In this document: positions 48,974-58,581 of the stretch, piece after piece | Numbering within the stretch: the stretch's first letter is position 1 | Layout of the letters: each line of letters begins with the position of its first letter | The notes under the pieces: model-generated | What the model was told of the DNA's origin: nothing | Database searches by the model: none | The model's input: only the letters and a program-made list of their open reading frames with translations | Translations under genes and position numbers: made by a program | Origin: Parcubacteria group bacterium Gr01-1014_3 | Lineage (GTDB): Bacteria > Patescibacteriota > Minisyncoccia > UBA6257 > WO2-44-18 | NCBI GenBank assembly: GCA_007376445.1 | Contig: VMGF01000003.1 | Span: 31,024-95,023 of the forward strand | Reading direction: 5' to 3' | DNA: 64,000 nucleotides

Positions 48974-50182
48974 ATGAGACGAATCGTGGCTGTCGCCGGA
49001 CTGCTTGTTTGTGTTGCTATTATGACCGGATGCATCCCAAGTTTCTTGAAGCCGACCTATAGCAACTTCGCTGAAAATCTTGCGTTGGACCAAGACACTT
49101 CGTTTGGATGTGACGACGCCAAGGATGGCTTAGCCAAGCCTGAAAAAACTGCCGAAGAAATCTATCAATGCGTTAACGTAGTTCATCTTGAATTGGTGGT
49201 TGGATTAAGCCGGGAGGCCGGAAGCGCGGCGGGATTCGTTGTGAAATACAACAACAAACCGCACATTCTGACCGCGGGCCACGTTAACACGACCAACGTC
49301 AAATTCAAGGCAATCTATGCTTACTTCAGCCAGGGCCATCAGAGGCCGGAAGAAGTTGAGATCGTTGTTTCGGATAATTTCCTGGACTTTGCCTTGCTCC
49401 GATTCAAAGATCCGAAGTTCGTCTACGATGGCCCATACGCGGTACTTGGCTGTTCTAGCGGCTTGAGTGTTGGGCAAAAAGTATACGCGCTTGGGTCTCC
49501 GCTCGGATTCCGATACTACTTTTCGGAAGGGATCATCGGAAAGATCGAGCAGGGCATGGATCATGACGGAATTCTCCAGCCGGAGATCATCATGCATGGC
49601 GCCACGATCAATCCAGGAAATTCCGGCGGACCGCTGGTTGATAAGTATGGAAGAGTAGTCGGCATCAATGTGATGGGCATCAGCGGGGGTTTCTCTCCGT
49701 TCCGTCCGTCGATAGTCACTACTATGCCGGTCGCGATACCGATCGATGATGTGAAATCTGTGGTCATGCGTACCAGAAAAGGCGGACCTGTTGAGCATTC
49801 CTATCTCGGACTCAAACTCTGGGACACGCGCGACCTCAATCCGTTGGACTACGAACAGCGCGAGGTGACAATTCCCGACCGAGATGGCCTGATCGTTTTC
49901 CTGATGGCAAAGAATTCGCCGGCCGCGAAATCGGGCCTTCAAAAGGGCGATCTGATCCTGGAATGCGACGGTAAAAAGTACGACCGCACCTGCGAGATCG
50001 CCAAGCGCGCGCTTTTCGAGACCGAACCCGGAACCGAAATGGAATTTAAGGTTCTGCGGCAATACACCGGTTATCAGATTGTTGAAACCAATGAAAAAGG
50101 TATGGCTGTGTACAAGACCGCTTATACCAAAATGAAGAATCCAGCCGTCCTGACCATCAAAGTCAAGCCGGAGGTTAGGTAA
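48974..50182 (+). CDS. Trypsin-like serine protease plus PDZ, lipoprotein
   Basis: MTGC lipobox, TAGH, DFALL, INPGNSGGPL. Confidence 0.9.
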   Translation: MRRIVAVAGLLVCVAIMTGCIPSFLKPTYSNFAENLALDQDTSFGCDDAKDGLAKPEKTAEEIYQCVNVVHLELVVGLSREAGSAAGFVVKYNNKPHILTAGHVNTTNVKFKAIYAYFSQGHQRPEEVEIVVSDNFLDFALLRFKDPKFVYDGPYAVLGCSSGLSVGQKVYALGSPLGFRYYFSEGIIGKIEQGMDHDGILQPEIIMHGATINPGNSGGPLVDKYGRVVGINVMGISGGFSPFRPSIVTTMPVAIPIDDVKSVVMRTRKGGPVEHSYLGLKLWDTRDLNPLDYEQREVTIPDRDGLIVFLMAKNSPAAKSGLQKGDLILECDGKKYDRTCEIAKRALFETEPGTEMEFKVLRQYTGYQIVETNEKGMAVYKTAYTKMKNPAVLTIKVKPEVR

Positions 50183-50210
50183 ACAATCGTCCCCGCAAAT
50201 GCGGGGACTT

Positions 50211-50290
50211 TTAATTTTCAATTCTCAATTTTGCAATTTTCAAATTTGGAAATTGAATGAAAATTGGTAATTGGAAATTGATAATTGGTG
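50211..50290. repeat. AT-rich fold-back array, type A (short)
   Basis: ttgaatgaaaattggtaattggaaattg. Confidence 0.75.
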
Positions 50291-50324
50291 TTGTATAGTC
50301 TTGGTAGTTACTTGAAAGGGCTCA

Positions 50325-51068
50325 TTGGTGGAGAAAATTCTCTCGATCACGCTTGCGCTGATCTTCTGTCAGGCCTGTACTCCCGCGGAGATCCAGCCAC
50401 TACCCGATCCCCTAGCGAATTTGCCGGTCAAAACCGCCCAGCAGATCTACGACGAAGCTGATTATTTCGTGATGATTGAAGGAAGCCGGTACGCCGATGG
50501 CGATTTTCAATCCTTCAAGCTTTCCGGGTTTTTGCTTCAATACGCCGACACCTACTATATAGTTACCGCCGGGCATATCAAAAAACCCGGACAGATCATC
50601 TCCGAACCTCTCCGTGTAACTTTGAAAAATGAGACGAACCGTTACTATCACGCCAAAATTCTCGCGATAGATAATGACTATGACGTGGCAATCCTGAAGA
50701 TCGGTTCGGACGCCTTCGATTTTCGCGGCAATATCGGCAAGTTCGGGAACTCCGACTTGGTTGAATTAGATGATCCAGTAATATCCATCGGGAATCCGCC
50801 CGGACACGACTGGCATCTTTCCACCGGAAAAGTGTTAAGTCGGAACTATCGCAACTATAAAAACGTCGCCAAGCATATTCAGCATTCCGCCTGGGGCGGC
50901 CATGGCAGTTCCGGCGGCCCATTACTCAACCGTTACGGTCAGATCATCGGCATGAACATTTCGATGAAGACCGCCAGCATCGACGAAACGAGCTCGAACC
51001 GGATCAACGCTCTTCCCGCGAAATATATTCAAAGATTTTTAGAAAAGGTTTTGCAAAATCCCCACTAG
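50325..51068 (+). CDS. Trypsin-like serine protease, probable lipoprotein, no PDZ
   Basis: CQAC, TAGH, DVAIL, GSSGGPL. Confidence 0.85.
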   Translation: MVEKILSITLALIFCQACTPAEIQPLPDPLANLPVKTAQQIYDEADYFVMIEGSRYADGDFQSFKLSGFLLQYADTYYIVTAGHIKKPGQIISEPLRVTLKNETNRYYHAKILAIDNDYDVAILKIGSDAFDFRGNIGKFGNSDLVELDDPVISIGNPPGHDWHLSTGKVLSRNYRNYKNVAKHIQHSAWGGHGSSGGPLLNRYGQIIGMNISMKTASIDETSSNRINALPAKYIQRFLEKVLQNPH

Positions 51069-51148
51069 ATGGGGATTTTTTTAATTTTATATATTCTGTT
51101 TCCAGAAAGTAGTTGTCCGAGCAAGAAAAATTTAGTAAAATTCTAGCA

Positions 51149-54100
51149 ATGCCTCGCTTTACTCATCTACATACGCATAGCCACTATTCGTTGCTTGATG
51201 GCCTCACCCAAATTAACGATCTCGTAAAACGCGCCAAGGAACTCGGCATGGATTCGCTCGCGGTCACCGACCACGGCAACCTTTATGGCGCCATCGAATT
51301 CTACAAAGCGGCCAAGGCCGCCGGAATTAAACCAATTCTGGGCGTGGAGGCGTACATAATGCCCAACACCAACGGTAATTCGACTACGACAGAACGCTAT
51401 TATCACCTGATCATTCTTTGTAAAAATCTGACCGGCTGGAAAAATCTTTTGAAACTCATCACTCATGCTAATTTGGAGGGCTTCTATTATAAGCCGCGCA
51501 TCAATAAGGACTTTTTACGCAAACACAGCGAGGGCCTGATCGCGCTTTCTGCCTGCCTCGCCGGAGAAGTCTCCAGAGCGATCATGGCAAATAAAATGCC
51601 GGAAGCAGAAAAGATCGCGCTGGAATATCAGGATATTTTTGGAGCGGGAAATTTCTATCTCGAAGTCGGCCATCACCCCGGCATCAAAGAAACCATAAAA
51701 GCCGGCGCGGGCTTGATAGAGATCTCTAAAAAAACCGGCATTCCTCTCGCCGCCACGCAAGACATCCACTATCTCAAAAAAGAGGACGCCAAATACCATG
51801 ATATTCTCCTCGCCGTCCAAACTGGAAATAAATTGAATGACCCCGATCGGCTGACTCTCAAAGACGATGACTTCTCGATGCGTTCCCCGGAAGAAATGGC
51901 CAGTTTCTTTACTCACATCCCGGAAGCTATTGAAAATACCGCCAAGATCGCCGATATGTGTAATATCGAACTCGAACTCGGCAAGATCCAACTCCCAAAA
52001 TTCGCCGTGCCTGTCGATAAGAGCGCGCAAGATTATCTCAAGCAACTTATCGAAGAACGCACCAGTAAACGCTACGCCGTATTAAATGAAGTCGTACAGC
52101 AGCGCATATCTTACGAACTTAGCGTCGTTGAAAAGATGGGTTTTGCCGATTATTTCTTGATCGTCCAAGACTTCATCAACTGGGCTAAAGATCGTGGCAT
52201 CGTGGTGGGGCCGGGCCGTGGTTCGGCCGCGGGAAGTATCGTGGCCTACATTCTTGGCATCACTGACGTCGACCCGATCAAATATGAACTACTCTTTGAG
52301 CGTTTCTTGAACCCGGATCGTATTCAGATGCCTGATATCGACATTGATATTGCTGACCATCGCCGAGGTGAAGTACTCGCCTATCTCACGCAGAAATATG
52401 GAGACGATCGCGTCGCCCACATCATCACCTTCGGAACCATGGCCGCCCGCGCTTCTATTAGAGACGTAGGCCGCGCTTTAGATATCAGCCTCGCCTTTTG
52501 CGATCAGCTAGCCAAACTCATCCCTTTCAACCAAGACCTGGACGAAGCCCTTAAAAGCACCAGTGAGCTGGCCACGCTTTATCGCACCAACCCAGACGCG
52601 CAACGCATCATCGACGCCGCCAAAAAATTGGAGGGCGTGGCTCGCCATGCTTCCATGCACGCCTGCGGTATCGTGATTTCCAATGAACCGCTCATCAATC
52701 AGCTCCCGCTCCAGCGCGCGCCACAAGACGAAAATTCTATTTTGACTCAGTTTGAAATGCACACCGTAGAAGACCTCGGACTTTTAAAAATGGACTTGCT
52801 CGGTCTAAAAAACCTGACCATCATCGAGAATGCCCTAGTTCTGATCAAGGAAAATCACGGCGTGGATCTTGATATACATAAACTTCCGGAATGGGACGCA
52901 AAAACCGAGAAGCTGCTTCAGGCCGCCGACACGACCGGCGTGTTTCAATTTGAATCTTCGGGTATGCGGAGATATATGAAAGAGATCAAGCCATCGGAGC
53001 TTGAAGATCTGATCGCTCTCGTGGCTCTCTACCGCCCTGGCCCGATGGACCTGATCCCGGATTACATTCAAGTCAAACACGGCCTCAAGCAGGTTAAATA
53101 TCTTCATCCGAAACTCGAACCGATCTTGAAAACGACCTACGGCGTGGGTATTTATCAGGAGCAGATGATGCGTATCGCTCGCGACCTCGCCGGCTTCACT
53201 CTCGCCGAAGCCGACACTCTCCGTAAAGCCATCGGTAAGAAAATTAAAGAACTCCTGGATAAGCAGGAAGAAAAATTGATTAAAGGTATGCTTGCTAATG
53301 GAATTGAACCCGCCACGGCCAAGGCCATCTGGGAACTCTTCCCCCCATTCGCCCGCTACGGCTTCAACCGCTCCCATGCCGCCTGCTATGCCCTGATCGG
53401 TTATCAGACCGCCTACCTGAAAGCTAACTATCCAGTTGAACTAATGACCGCCGTACTCAACGCCGATTCCGGCGACACTGACCGCATCTCTTTCTTAATT
53501 ACCGAATGCCAAAAGATGGGCATTCAGATCCTCCCGCCAGATATCAATAAAAGCTCCGCTAGATTCACGCCTGAAGACAAAAATATTCGTTTCGGTTTAG
53601 CGGCCATTAAAAATGTGGGTGAAAATATCGTGAAGCTTCTGATTGAGGAGCGTCAGCGCGGTGGACCATTCCCCGATCTCGTTTCTCTGCTTCAGCGCGT
53701 GCAGAATCGCGACTTAAATAAAAAATCGCTGGAAAGTCTGGCGAAGTGTGGCGTCTTTGATTCGCTCAATATTGAACGCAACCAGATCGTCGCCAATCTC
53801 GAAGATATCGTAAAATTCAGCTCACTCGTGAAGAAAACCGGCCAAAGCACCCAGATGGGACTTTTTGGAAATACCATCTCCAGTAAATCACTCAAACTCG
53901 CTCCCGCCGCCGCGGCTGGCACACAAGAGCGCCTGCTTTGGGAAAAGGAACTGCTCGGCCTCTACTTATCCGATCATCCGCTGAATAGTTATAAAGAAAA
54001 ATTCCGCTCGGCGGGAATCCGCGATATTAAAGATGTAATGACCAGCGCGAATCCGGCCACGCCGAATACGATGTATAAGATCGGCGGCTTAGTTTCCAAA

Positions 54101-54310
54101 GTTCAAAAAATAGTAACCCGCCTCGGCCAACCGATGGTCTTCGTGAAGGTGGAAGATATGAATACCACGCTGGAAGTCGTCGTCTTCTCCGACACGCTCG
54201 CGAAAAACCCCGACATCTGGCAAGAAAATAAGATCTTAGTCATCAATGGCAAAATGTCCTGGCGCAACGGCGAGCAGAAACTCATCTGCAATAGCGCGAC
54301 TGAAGTATAA
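51149..54310 (+). CDS. dnaE: DNA polymerase III alpha subunit
   Basis: HLHTHSHYSLLDG, GPGRGSAAGS, PDIDID, YGFNRSH. Confidence 0.97.
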   Translation: MPRFTHLHTHSHYSLLDGLTQINDLVKRAKELGMDSLAVTDHGNLYGAIEFYKAAKAAGIKPILGVEAYIMPNTNGNSTTTERYYHLIILCKNLTGWKNLLKLITHANLEGFYYKPRINKDFLRKHSEGLIALSACLAGEVSRAIMANKMPEAEKIALEYQDIFGAGNFYLEVGHHPGIKETIKAGAGLIEISKKTGIPLAATQDIHYLKKEDAKYHDILLAVQTGNKLNDPDRLTLKDDDFSMRSPEEMASFFTHIPEAIENTAKIADMCNIELELGKIQLPKFAVPVDKSAQDYLKQLIEERTSKRYAVLNEVVQQRISYELSVVEKMGFADYFLIVQDFINWAKDRGIVVGPGRGSAAGSIVAYILGITDVDPIKYELLFERFLNPDRIQMPDIDIDIADHRRGEVLAYLTQKYGDDRVAHIITFGTMAARASIRDVGRALDISLAFCDQLAKLIPFNQDLDEALKSTSELATLYRTNPDAQRIIDAAKKLEGVARHASMHACGIVISNEPLINQLPLQRAPQDENSILTQFEMHTVEDLGLLKMDLLGLKNLTIIENALVLIKENHGVDLDIHKLPEWDAKTEKLLQAADTTGVFQFESSGMRRYMKEIKPSELEDLIALVALYRPGPMDLIPDYIQVKHGLKQVKYLHPKLEPILKTTYGVGIYQEQMMRIARDLAGFTLAEADTLRKAIGKKIKELLDKQEEKLIKGMLANGIEPATAKAIWELFPPFARYGFNRSHAACYALIGYQTAYLKANYPVELMTAVLNADSGDTDRISFLITECQKMGIQILPPDINKSSARFTPEDKNIRFGLAAIKNVGENIVKLLIEERQRGGPFPDLVSLLQRVQNRDLNKKSLESLAKCGVFDSLNIERNQIVANLEDIVKFSSLVKKTGQSTQMGLFGNTISSKSLKLAPAAAAGTQERLLWEKELLGLYLSDHPLNSYKEKFRSAGIRDIKDVMTSANPATPNTMYKIGGLVSKVQKIVTRLGQPMVFVKVEDMNTTLEVVVFSDTLAKNPDIWQENKILVINGKMSWRNGEQKLICNSATEV

Positions 54311-54347
54311 AAAAGCACCCATTTCTGGGTGCTTGCTAGTCACTATT

Positions 54348-54917
54348 CTAGTATTCCGCTCTTGCCTTGTCCTGAGCTGGCGGAAGAGGCTTCCCTTGAA
54401 TCGGTTCGGCCTTTTCTCTCAACTTCCGCTTCATTTCGCGAAGCGCGAGAAGCTGAACCACATCAACACGACCGATGGTCTTAATCAAATCATAAGTCTC
54501 TTGGTCAAGGTGAATGTAACGAACATCCTCCCCTTGACCAACATAAACACGAAGAACTCGCTTCTTATCCCATGCGTATGTCGCACTCACTCTCGCGTTC
54601 ACATAGCTCACGAGCTGTTCGTCGGTAAGCGTTGGTCCCTGTGCCGCCTCATCGGCTAGCCGATGAGGCTTGATGCAGTCCTCATCATAGGCCTGATAAA
54701 TGGCAAGTCCCAGCCCTGAAACTACAACAGCAATAATGAGTATTGGCACCAATGACGCAAGAAGCTTCATTGAAAAAATCCTCTTAAAAATACTCGGCCG
54801 GCGAAGCTTCACAAGCTCCGCCTCTTGCTCTCCGTTCTTCGCCTTAAGTCCCTCAATCAAATGCTCGCACTCCTCCATCGTCATACCTTGATCGCCGACC
54901 TCTACATCATCAGACAT
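54348..54917 (-). CDS. Hypothetical membrane-anchored protein
   Basis: AAGGAGG SD; coiled coil plus one TM. Confidence 0.7.
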   Translation of the reverse strand: MSDDVEVGDQGMTMEECEHLIEGLKAKNGEQEAELVKLRRPSIFKRIFSMKLLASLVPILIIAVVVSGLGLAIYQAYDEDCIKPHRLADEAAQGPTLTDEQLVSYVNARVSATYAWDKKRVLRVYVGQGEDVRYIHLDQETYDLIKTIGRVDVVQLLALREMKRKLREKAEPIQGKPLPPAQDKARAEY

Positions 54918-55015
54918 TTGCCGCCTCCTTGCCCCGCCATCGGCGTGGGCTGAAAAAAGGTTGTAAACTAACTGCTGGATATGTTAACCAATTTCCTTGA
55001 ATTTGTCAAATCATC

Positions 55016-55047
55016 CCACCCCACTATCACATGTGATAGTGGGGTGG
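55016..55047. repeat. CCACTATCACATGTGATAGTGG palindrome, copy 2
   Basis: Extends to a 32-bp perfect palindrome; abuts TATAAT. Confidence 0.9.
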
Positions 55048-55064
55048 TATAATATTCATTACTT

Positions 55065-55544
55065 ATGATAATCAACAATAAAAAGCTGATTGGTAAATCA
55101 GCAGAAGATTGGACCGAGAAACTTTGGCTAAAGTTAATAGAAAAAGTTAGTCAAACAAATAATGAAGAGGCCACGAGAAAACTGATTGAGCACCTACTTA
55201 GCGCTGATGAGAAAAAGATGATCGCAAAAAGACTCGGTGTTATTGCGCTAATAAAATCTGACAAGTCTTATAAAGAAATCAGTGAAATTCTATGGTTGTC
55301 CCCCAATACCATCAGCACGATCAAAAAGAACATTTTAGGAAATGATGGAAATTATAAGAGTTATCGTAAATTTTATGGCGGGCCGAAAAAATGGAGCGCG
55401 GATATAAAATACGAAAAACCTTTTTGGGAAGACTTCAATCTATTAGAATTTATTGACGATTTGCTTCCGAGATATAGGGGTATAGGACTATTGAGCTCGC
55501 CGGACGTTGCCGCGAATCATACATATCGCAGAAGGCGAAAATAA
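55065..55544 (+). CDS. TrpR-like (YerC/YecD) HTH protein
   Basis: LLSADEKKMIAKRL, SYKEISEILWLSPNTIS. Confidence 0.8.
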   Translation: MIINNKKLIGKSAEDWTEKLWLKLIEKVSQTNNEEATRKLIEHLLSADEKKMIAKRLGVIALIKSDKSYKEISEILWLSPNTISTIKKNILGNDGNYKSYRKFYGGPKKWSADIKYEKPFWEDFNLLEFIDDLLPRYRGIGLLSSPDVAANHTYRRRRK

Positions 55545-55557
55545 GGCCTCAATCAAT

Positions 55558-55585
55558 CAGCCACTATCACATGTGATAGTGGCTG
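55558..55585. repeat. CCACTATCACATGTGATAGTGG palindrome, copy 3
   Basis: 28-bp perfect palindrome. Confidence 0.9.
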
Positions 55586-55672
55586 GAAAATAAAGTCCTG
55601 GTCGTAAGCGGGAAAATGAGCTGGCGTAACGGCGAACAGAAACTCATCTGTAATAGCGCGGTGGAAATATAA
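55586..55672 (+). pseudogene. Orphan diverged duplicate of dnaE 3' end
   Basis: ENKVLVVSGKMSWRNGEQKLICNSAVEI* vs ENKILVINGKMSWRNGEQKLICNSATEV* (54224-54310). Confidence 0.9.
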
Positions 55673-55684
55673 ATGCTCCGGTAA

Positions 55685-56086
55685 TTACCGGAGCATTTTT
55701 TTATTTAGAGCTTCTTCGAGCAAACCCACAACGCAATCATACCCACCCTTTTTTGCCCAAAAAATCGCAATACTGTCCCCGGCACGAGGATCGGCGCCAT
55801 GGGAAAGCAATATTCTCACAAGCTCATAATTACCCGCATTGGCCGCACAGCTTAAAGCATAGTCGTTTTGAGCGTGTACGTTTGCGCCGTTTTTTAAAAT
55901 GAATTCGGTCAGCTCGGAATTTCTGGTCAAAAGCCAGACTTCCCAGTCTTCTCGTTTTCGATCATGTATGGTCATAATTACTTCTTCGAGTGACGCCGAC
56001 GCACCGAAAGCTTCCAAGAAATCGGCGCGGGCTTCTACGCATGCACCCATAACTTCAAGTTCTTTGAGGGTAATGATTTTTTGCAA
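55685..56086 (-). CDS. Ankyrin repeat protein
   Basis: GANVHAQNDYALSCAA.AG..LVRILLSHGAD. Confidence 0.85.
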   Translation of the reverse strand: MQKIITLKELEVMGACVEARADFLEAFGASASLEEVIMTIHDRKREDWEVWLLTRNSELTEFILKNGANVHAQNDYALSCAANAGNYELVRILLSHGADPRAGDSIAIFWAKKGGYDCVVGLLEEALNKKMLR

Positions 56087-56185
56087 AGTGCCTCCTATGC
56101 GAATTGCGTTTCATATTATAAATTAAAAATTTTACTATGTCAAATTCTTTCAAAGCGCGGAGTTCCCTGTTAGAATAATCTACAT

Positions 56186-57907
56186 ATGAAAGAGAATGGG
56201 TCTCTCGAAAATATACGGCACTCGCTCGCCCATCTTTTGGCGGCGGCGGTTTTGAAAAAATACCCGGACGCTAAACTCGGCATCGGTCCGGTGATTGAGA
56301 ATGGATTTTATTATGATTTCCTCCTGCCAGCCGCTCTGACCCCGGAAAATCTCAAAGAATTTGAGAAAACGATGAGGAATCTGGTAAATCAGAAGCTCCC
56401 TTTCTCTGGCAAAGAAGTCAGCGCCGCGGAAGCCAAAAAACTCTTCAAAGATCAGCCATTCAAGCTAGATCTCATAAAAGAATTCGCTAAGGATAAAAAA
56501 CCAATGACCGTATATTCAACCGGCGAGGTCTTTATGGATCTCTGTCGCGGCGGTCATGTGGAAAGTACATCGGAAATCAACGCCGAATCCTTCAAGCTCG
56601 ACAAACTCGCCGGCGCTTATTGGCGCGGTGATGAGAAAAAGCCACAACTCCAGCGTATCTATGGCTTGGCTTTCGCCTCGAAAAAAGAGCTCGAAGAATA
56701 TGTAAAAATGCGCGAAGAAGCTATTAAGCGCGATCACCGCAAGCTCGGTAAAGACCTCGAGCTCTTTTCGATCATTGATGAAATTGGTCCTGGCCTTCCC
56801 CTCTTTTATCCAAAAGGCGCGCTTCTCCGCCGCTTAGTAGAAAATTATATTATTCAGCTTCAGGAACAACGCGGCTATGAGCCGATCTGGATTCCCCACA
56901 TCACCAAAGGCGAGCTTTATAAGATCTCCGGCCATCTGGATAAATACGACGCCATGTACCCGCCGATGAAGCTCAAGAACGAAGCGGATTATTATCTGAA
57001 ACCGATGAACTGTCCGCACTTCATGATGCTTTATAAAACCCTGCCGCATTCCTATAAAGAGCTTCCAATCCGCTGGACCAGCACTACCACCAATTATCGC
57101 TATGAAAAATCCGGCGAACTCTCCGGCTTAACCCGCGTCCGCTCGCTCACCCAGGACGACTGCCATGTCTTCGCCCGGCCCGATCAGATCTCCGGAGAAA
57201 TAAATCTTATGCTGGATATGATCGCGGAAGTATACGAAAAATTCGGCTTTAAGGATTTCTGGGTCCGCATCTCCACTCATGATCCGAAAGATAAGACGAA
57301 ATACATCGGTGATCCGAAAATCTGGGAAGAATCGGAGGCGACTCTGACAAAGCTAATCGAAAATCGCGGCTGGAAACACGAAATCGGCGTGGGCGAAGCG
57401 GCTTTCTATGGACCGAAGCTGGATTTCATCTTCAAAGACGTTCTCGGCCGCGAATGGCAACTCTCCACCATTCAGCTGGACATGAACCTGCCGGAAAGAT
57501 TTGAATTGGAGTACGTCGGTGAAGACGGAAAGAAACAAAGGCCCGTGGTCATTCACCGCGCCATCCTCGGCTCTACAGAACGCTTCCTCGGAATTTTGAT
57601 AGAACATTTTGGCGGCAACTTCCCTCTCTGGCTCGCGCCGGTGCAGATCCGCATCATCCCTATCGCCGACCGGCATCTGGATTACGCCAAGAAAGTCGCC
57701 GCTCAACTCAAAGATTATCGAGTAGAGATTGCCGGCGAAAGCGAAACTATGGGTAAAAAAATCCGCGCCGCGGAGATGCAAAAAATTCCATTTGTCTTAA
57801 TCATGGGCGATGAAGAAGAAAAATCCGATACTGTCAGCGTGCGTGAAGGTCACAAGGGTGATCAGGGCAAGATGACAATAGCCGATCTCCTAAAGAAGTT
57901 AGTATAA
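56186..57907 (+). CDS. thrS: Threonyl-tRNA synthetase (no TGS domain)
   Basis: RHSLAH, RDHRKLG, KPMNCP, AFYGPK, HRAILGS.ERF. Confidence 0.97.
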   Translation: MKENGSLENIRHSLAHLLAAAVLKKYPDAKLGIGPVIENGFYYDFLLPAALTPENLKEFEKTMRNLVNQKLPFSGKEVSAAEAKKLFKDQPFKLDLIKEFAKDKKPMTVYSTGEVFMDLCRGGHVESTSEINAESFKLDKLAGAYWRGDEKKPQLQRIYGLAFASKKELEEYVKMREEAIKRDHRKLGKDLELFSIIDEIGPGLPLFYPKGALLRRLVENYIIQLQEQRGYEPIWIPHITKGELYKISGHLDKYDAMYPPMKLKNEADYYLKPMNCPHFMMLYKTLPHSYKELPIRWTSTTTNYRYEKSGELSGLTRVRSLTQDDCHVFARPDQISGEINLMLDMIAEVYEKFGFKDFWVRISTHDPKDKTKYIGDPKIWEESEATLTKLIENRGWKHEIGVGEAAFYGPKLDFIFKDVLGREWQLSTIQLDMNLPERFELEYVGEDGKKQRPVVIHRAILGSTERFLGILIEHFGGNFPLWLAPVQIRIIPIADRHLDYAKKVAAQLKDYRVEIAGESETMGKKIRAAEMQKIPFVLIMGDEEEKSDTVSVREGHKGDQGKMTIADLLKKLV

Positions 57908-58060
57908 GGGCTTCAGCGGCCGTTTTTTCTTCGCCCTCGGCGCGCCGCTCCGACTTAAGTCGGAGACCGATTATAGGATAGTCCAGCCGGCGCGCCTCCC
58001 CACGGCCCCGCTAAAAGCGGAGCCTCGCCGTTGGCGGGGCGTGGCGGGATGTTCCGAAAA
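57908..58060 (+). ncRNA. Structured motif family C, degenerate copy 3 (3' of thrS)
   Basis: ttcttc-gccctc-[ggcgcgccg..ccagc..cggcgcgcc]-tcc..atgttccgaaaa matches the reverse complement of copies 1 and 2. Confidence 0.5.
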
Positions 58061-58133
58061 ATTAATTGGCCTCCGCTTTGTTAAATAAAGGAAATTATAT
58101 ATAGAAAAACCCCGTCCTTTCAAGGGCGGGGTT

Positions 58134-58550
58134 CTAAATTGTTATCACAGTTTTGCCGATCACGGTCTTATCTGCCCGAATCAGCTTCAATTCGATCCGG
58201 ATGACTTTTCCATTTTGGACTTCAGCTTCGAGCTCAATATCTTCACCTCGAGAATCATCTAGTACCCGCCACTTCCCGTCAATTAAGGCGGATACGGCTT
58301 TGTTCTCTTCATCCTTGAAACCCCAGGTCTTAAGGACAACCTCCTTACCTAACGGCTCAAAAGCCACGCCGCAAATATCCGGATTAGTGGGATGCTCATA
58401 GAAGTAAAAATGCCCCCACCACGGAAAAGATCCGATTTTGTCTTTGTATGACGGGATAGGTCTTTCCTCGTCGGTATTCCAAAAAGCGTTTAATTTCGGA
58501 TAGCCTTTCCAGCTTGAAAAATCCGGCGGCTGTTTGTCCTGATTACTCAT
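58134..58550 (-). CDS. Hypothetical protein, paralog of 60661-61143
   Basis: PDFSSWK..W.G..YE.P..G.A.E..LK.WG shared. Confidence 0.7.
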   Translation of the reverse strand: MSNQDKQPPDFSSWKGYPKLNAFWNTDEERPIPSYKDKIGSFPWWGHFYFYEHPTNPDICGVAFEPLGKEVVLKTWGFKDEENKAVSALIDGKWRVLDDSRGEDIELEAEVQNGKVIRIELKLIRADKTVIGKTVITI

Positions 58551-58581
58551 CGACCACCTCTTTTGGAGAACTACTTTCAGT

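Noticed and set aside
48187-50221. Long antisense ORFs (282 aa, 338 aa) opposite the proteases
   Set aside because: Shadow frames of well-supported genes; no motifs or SD.
54224-55672. dnaE duplicate as a DGR template/variable repeat pair
   Set aside because: Differences are not adenine-specific, are mostly synonymous or conservative, and no reverse transcriptase is present.
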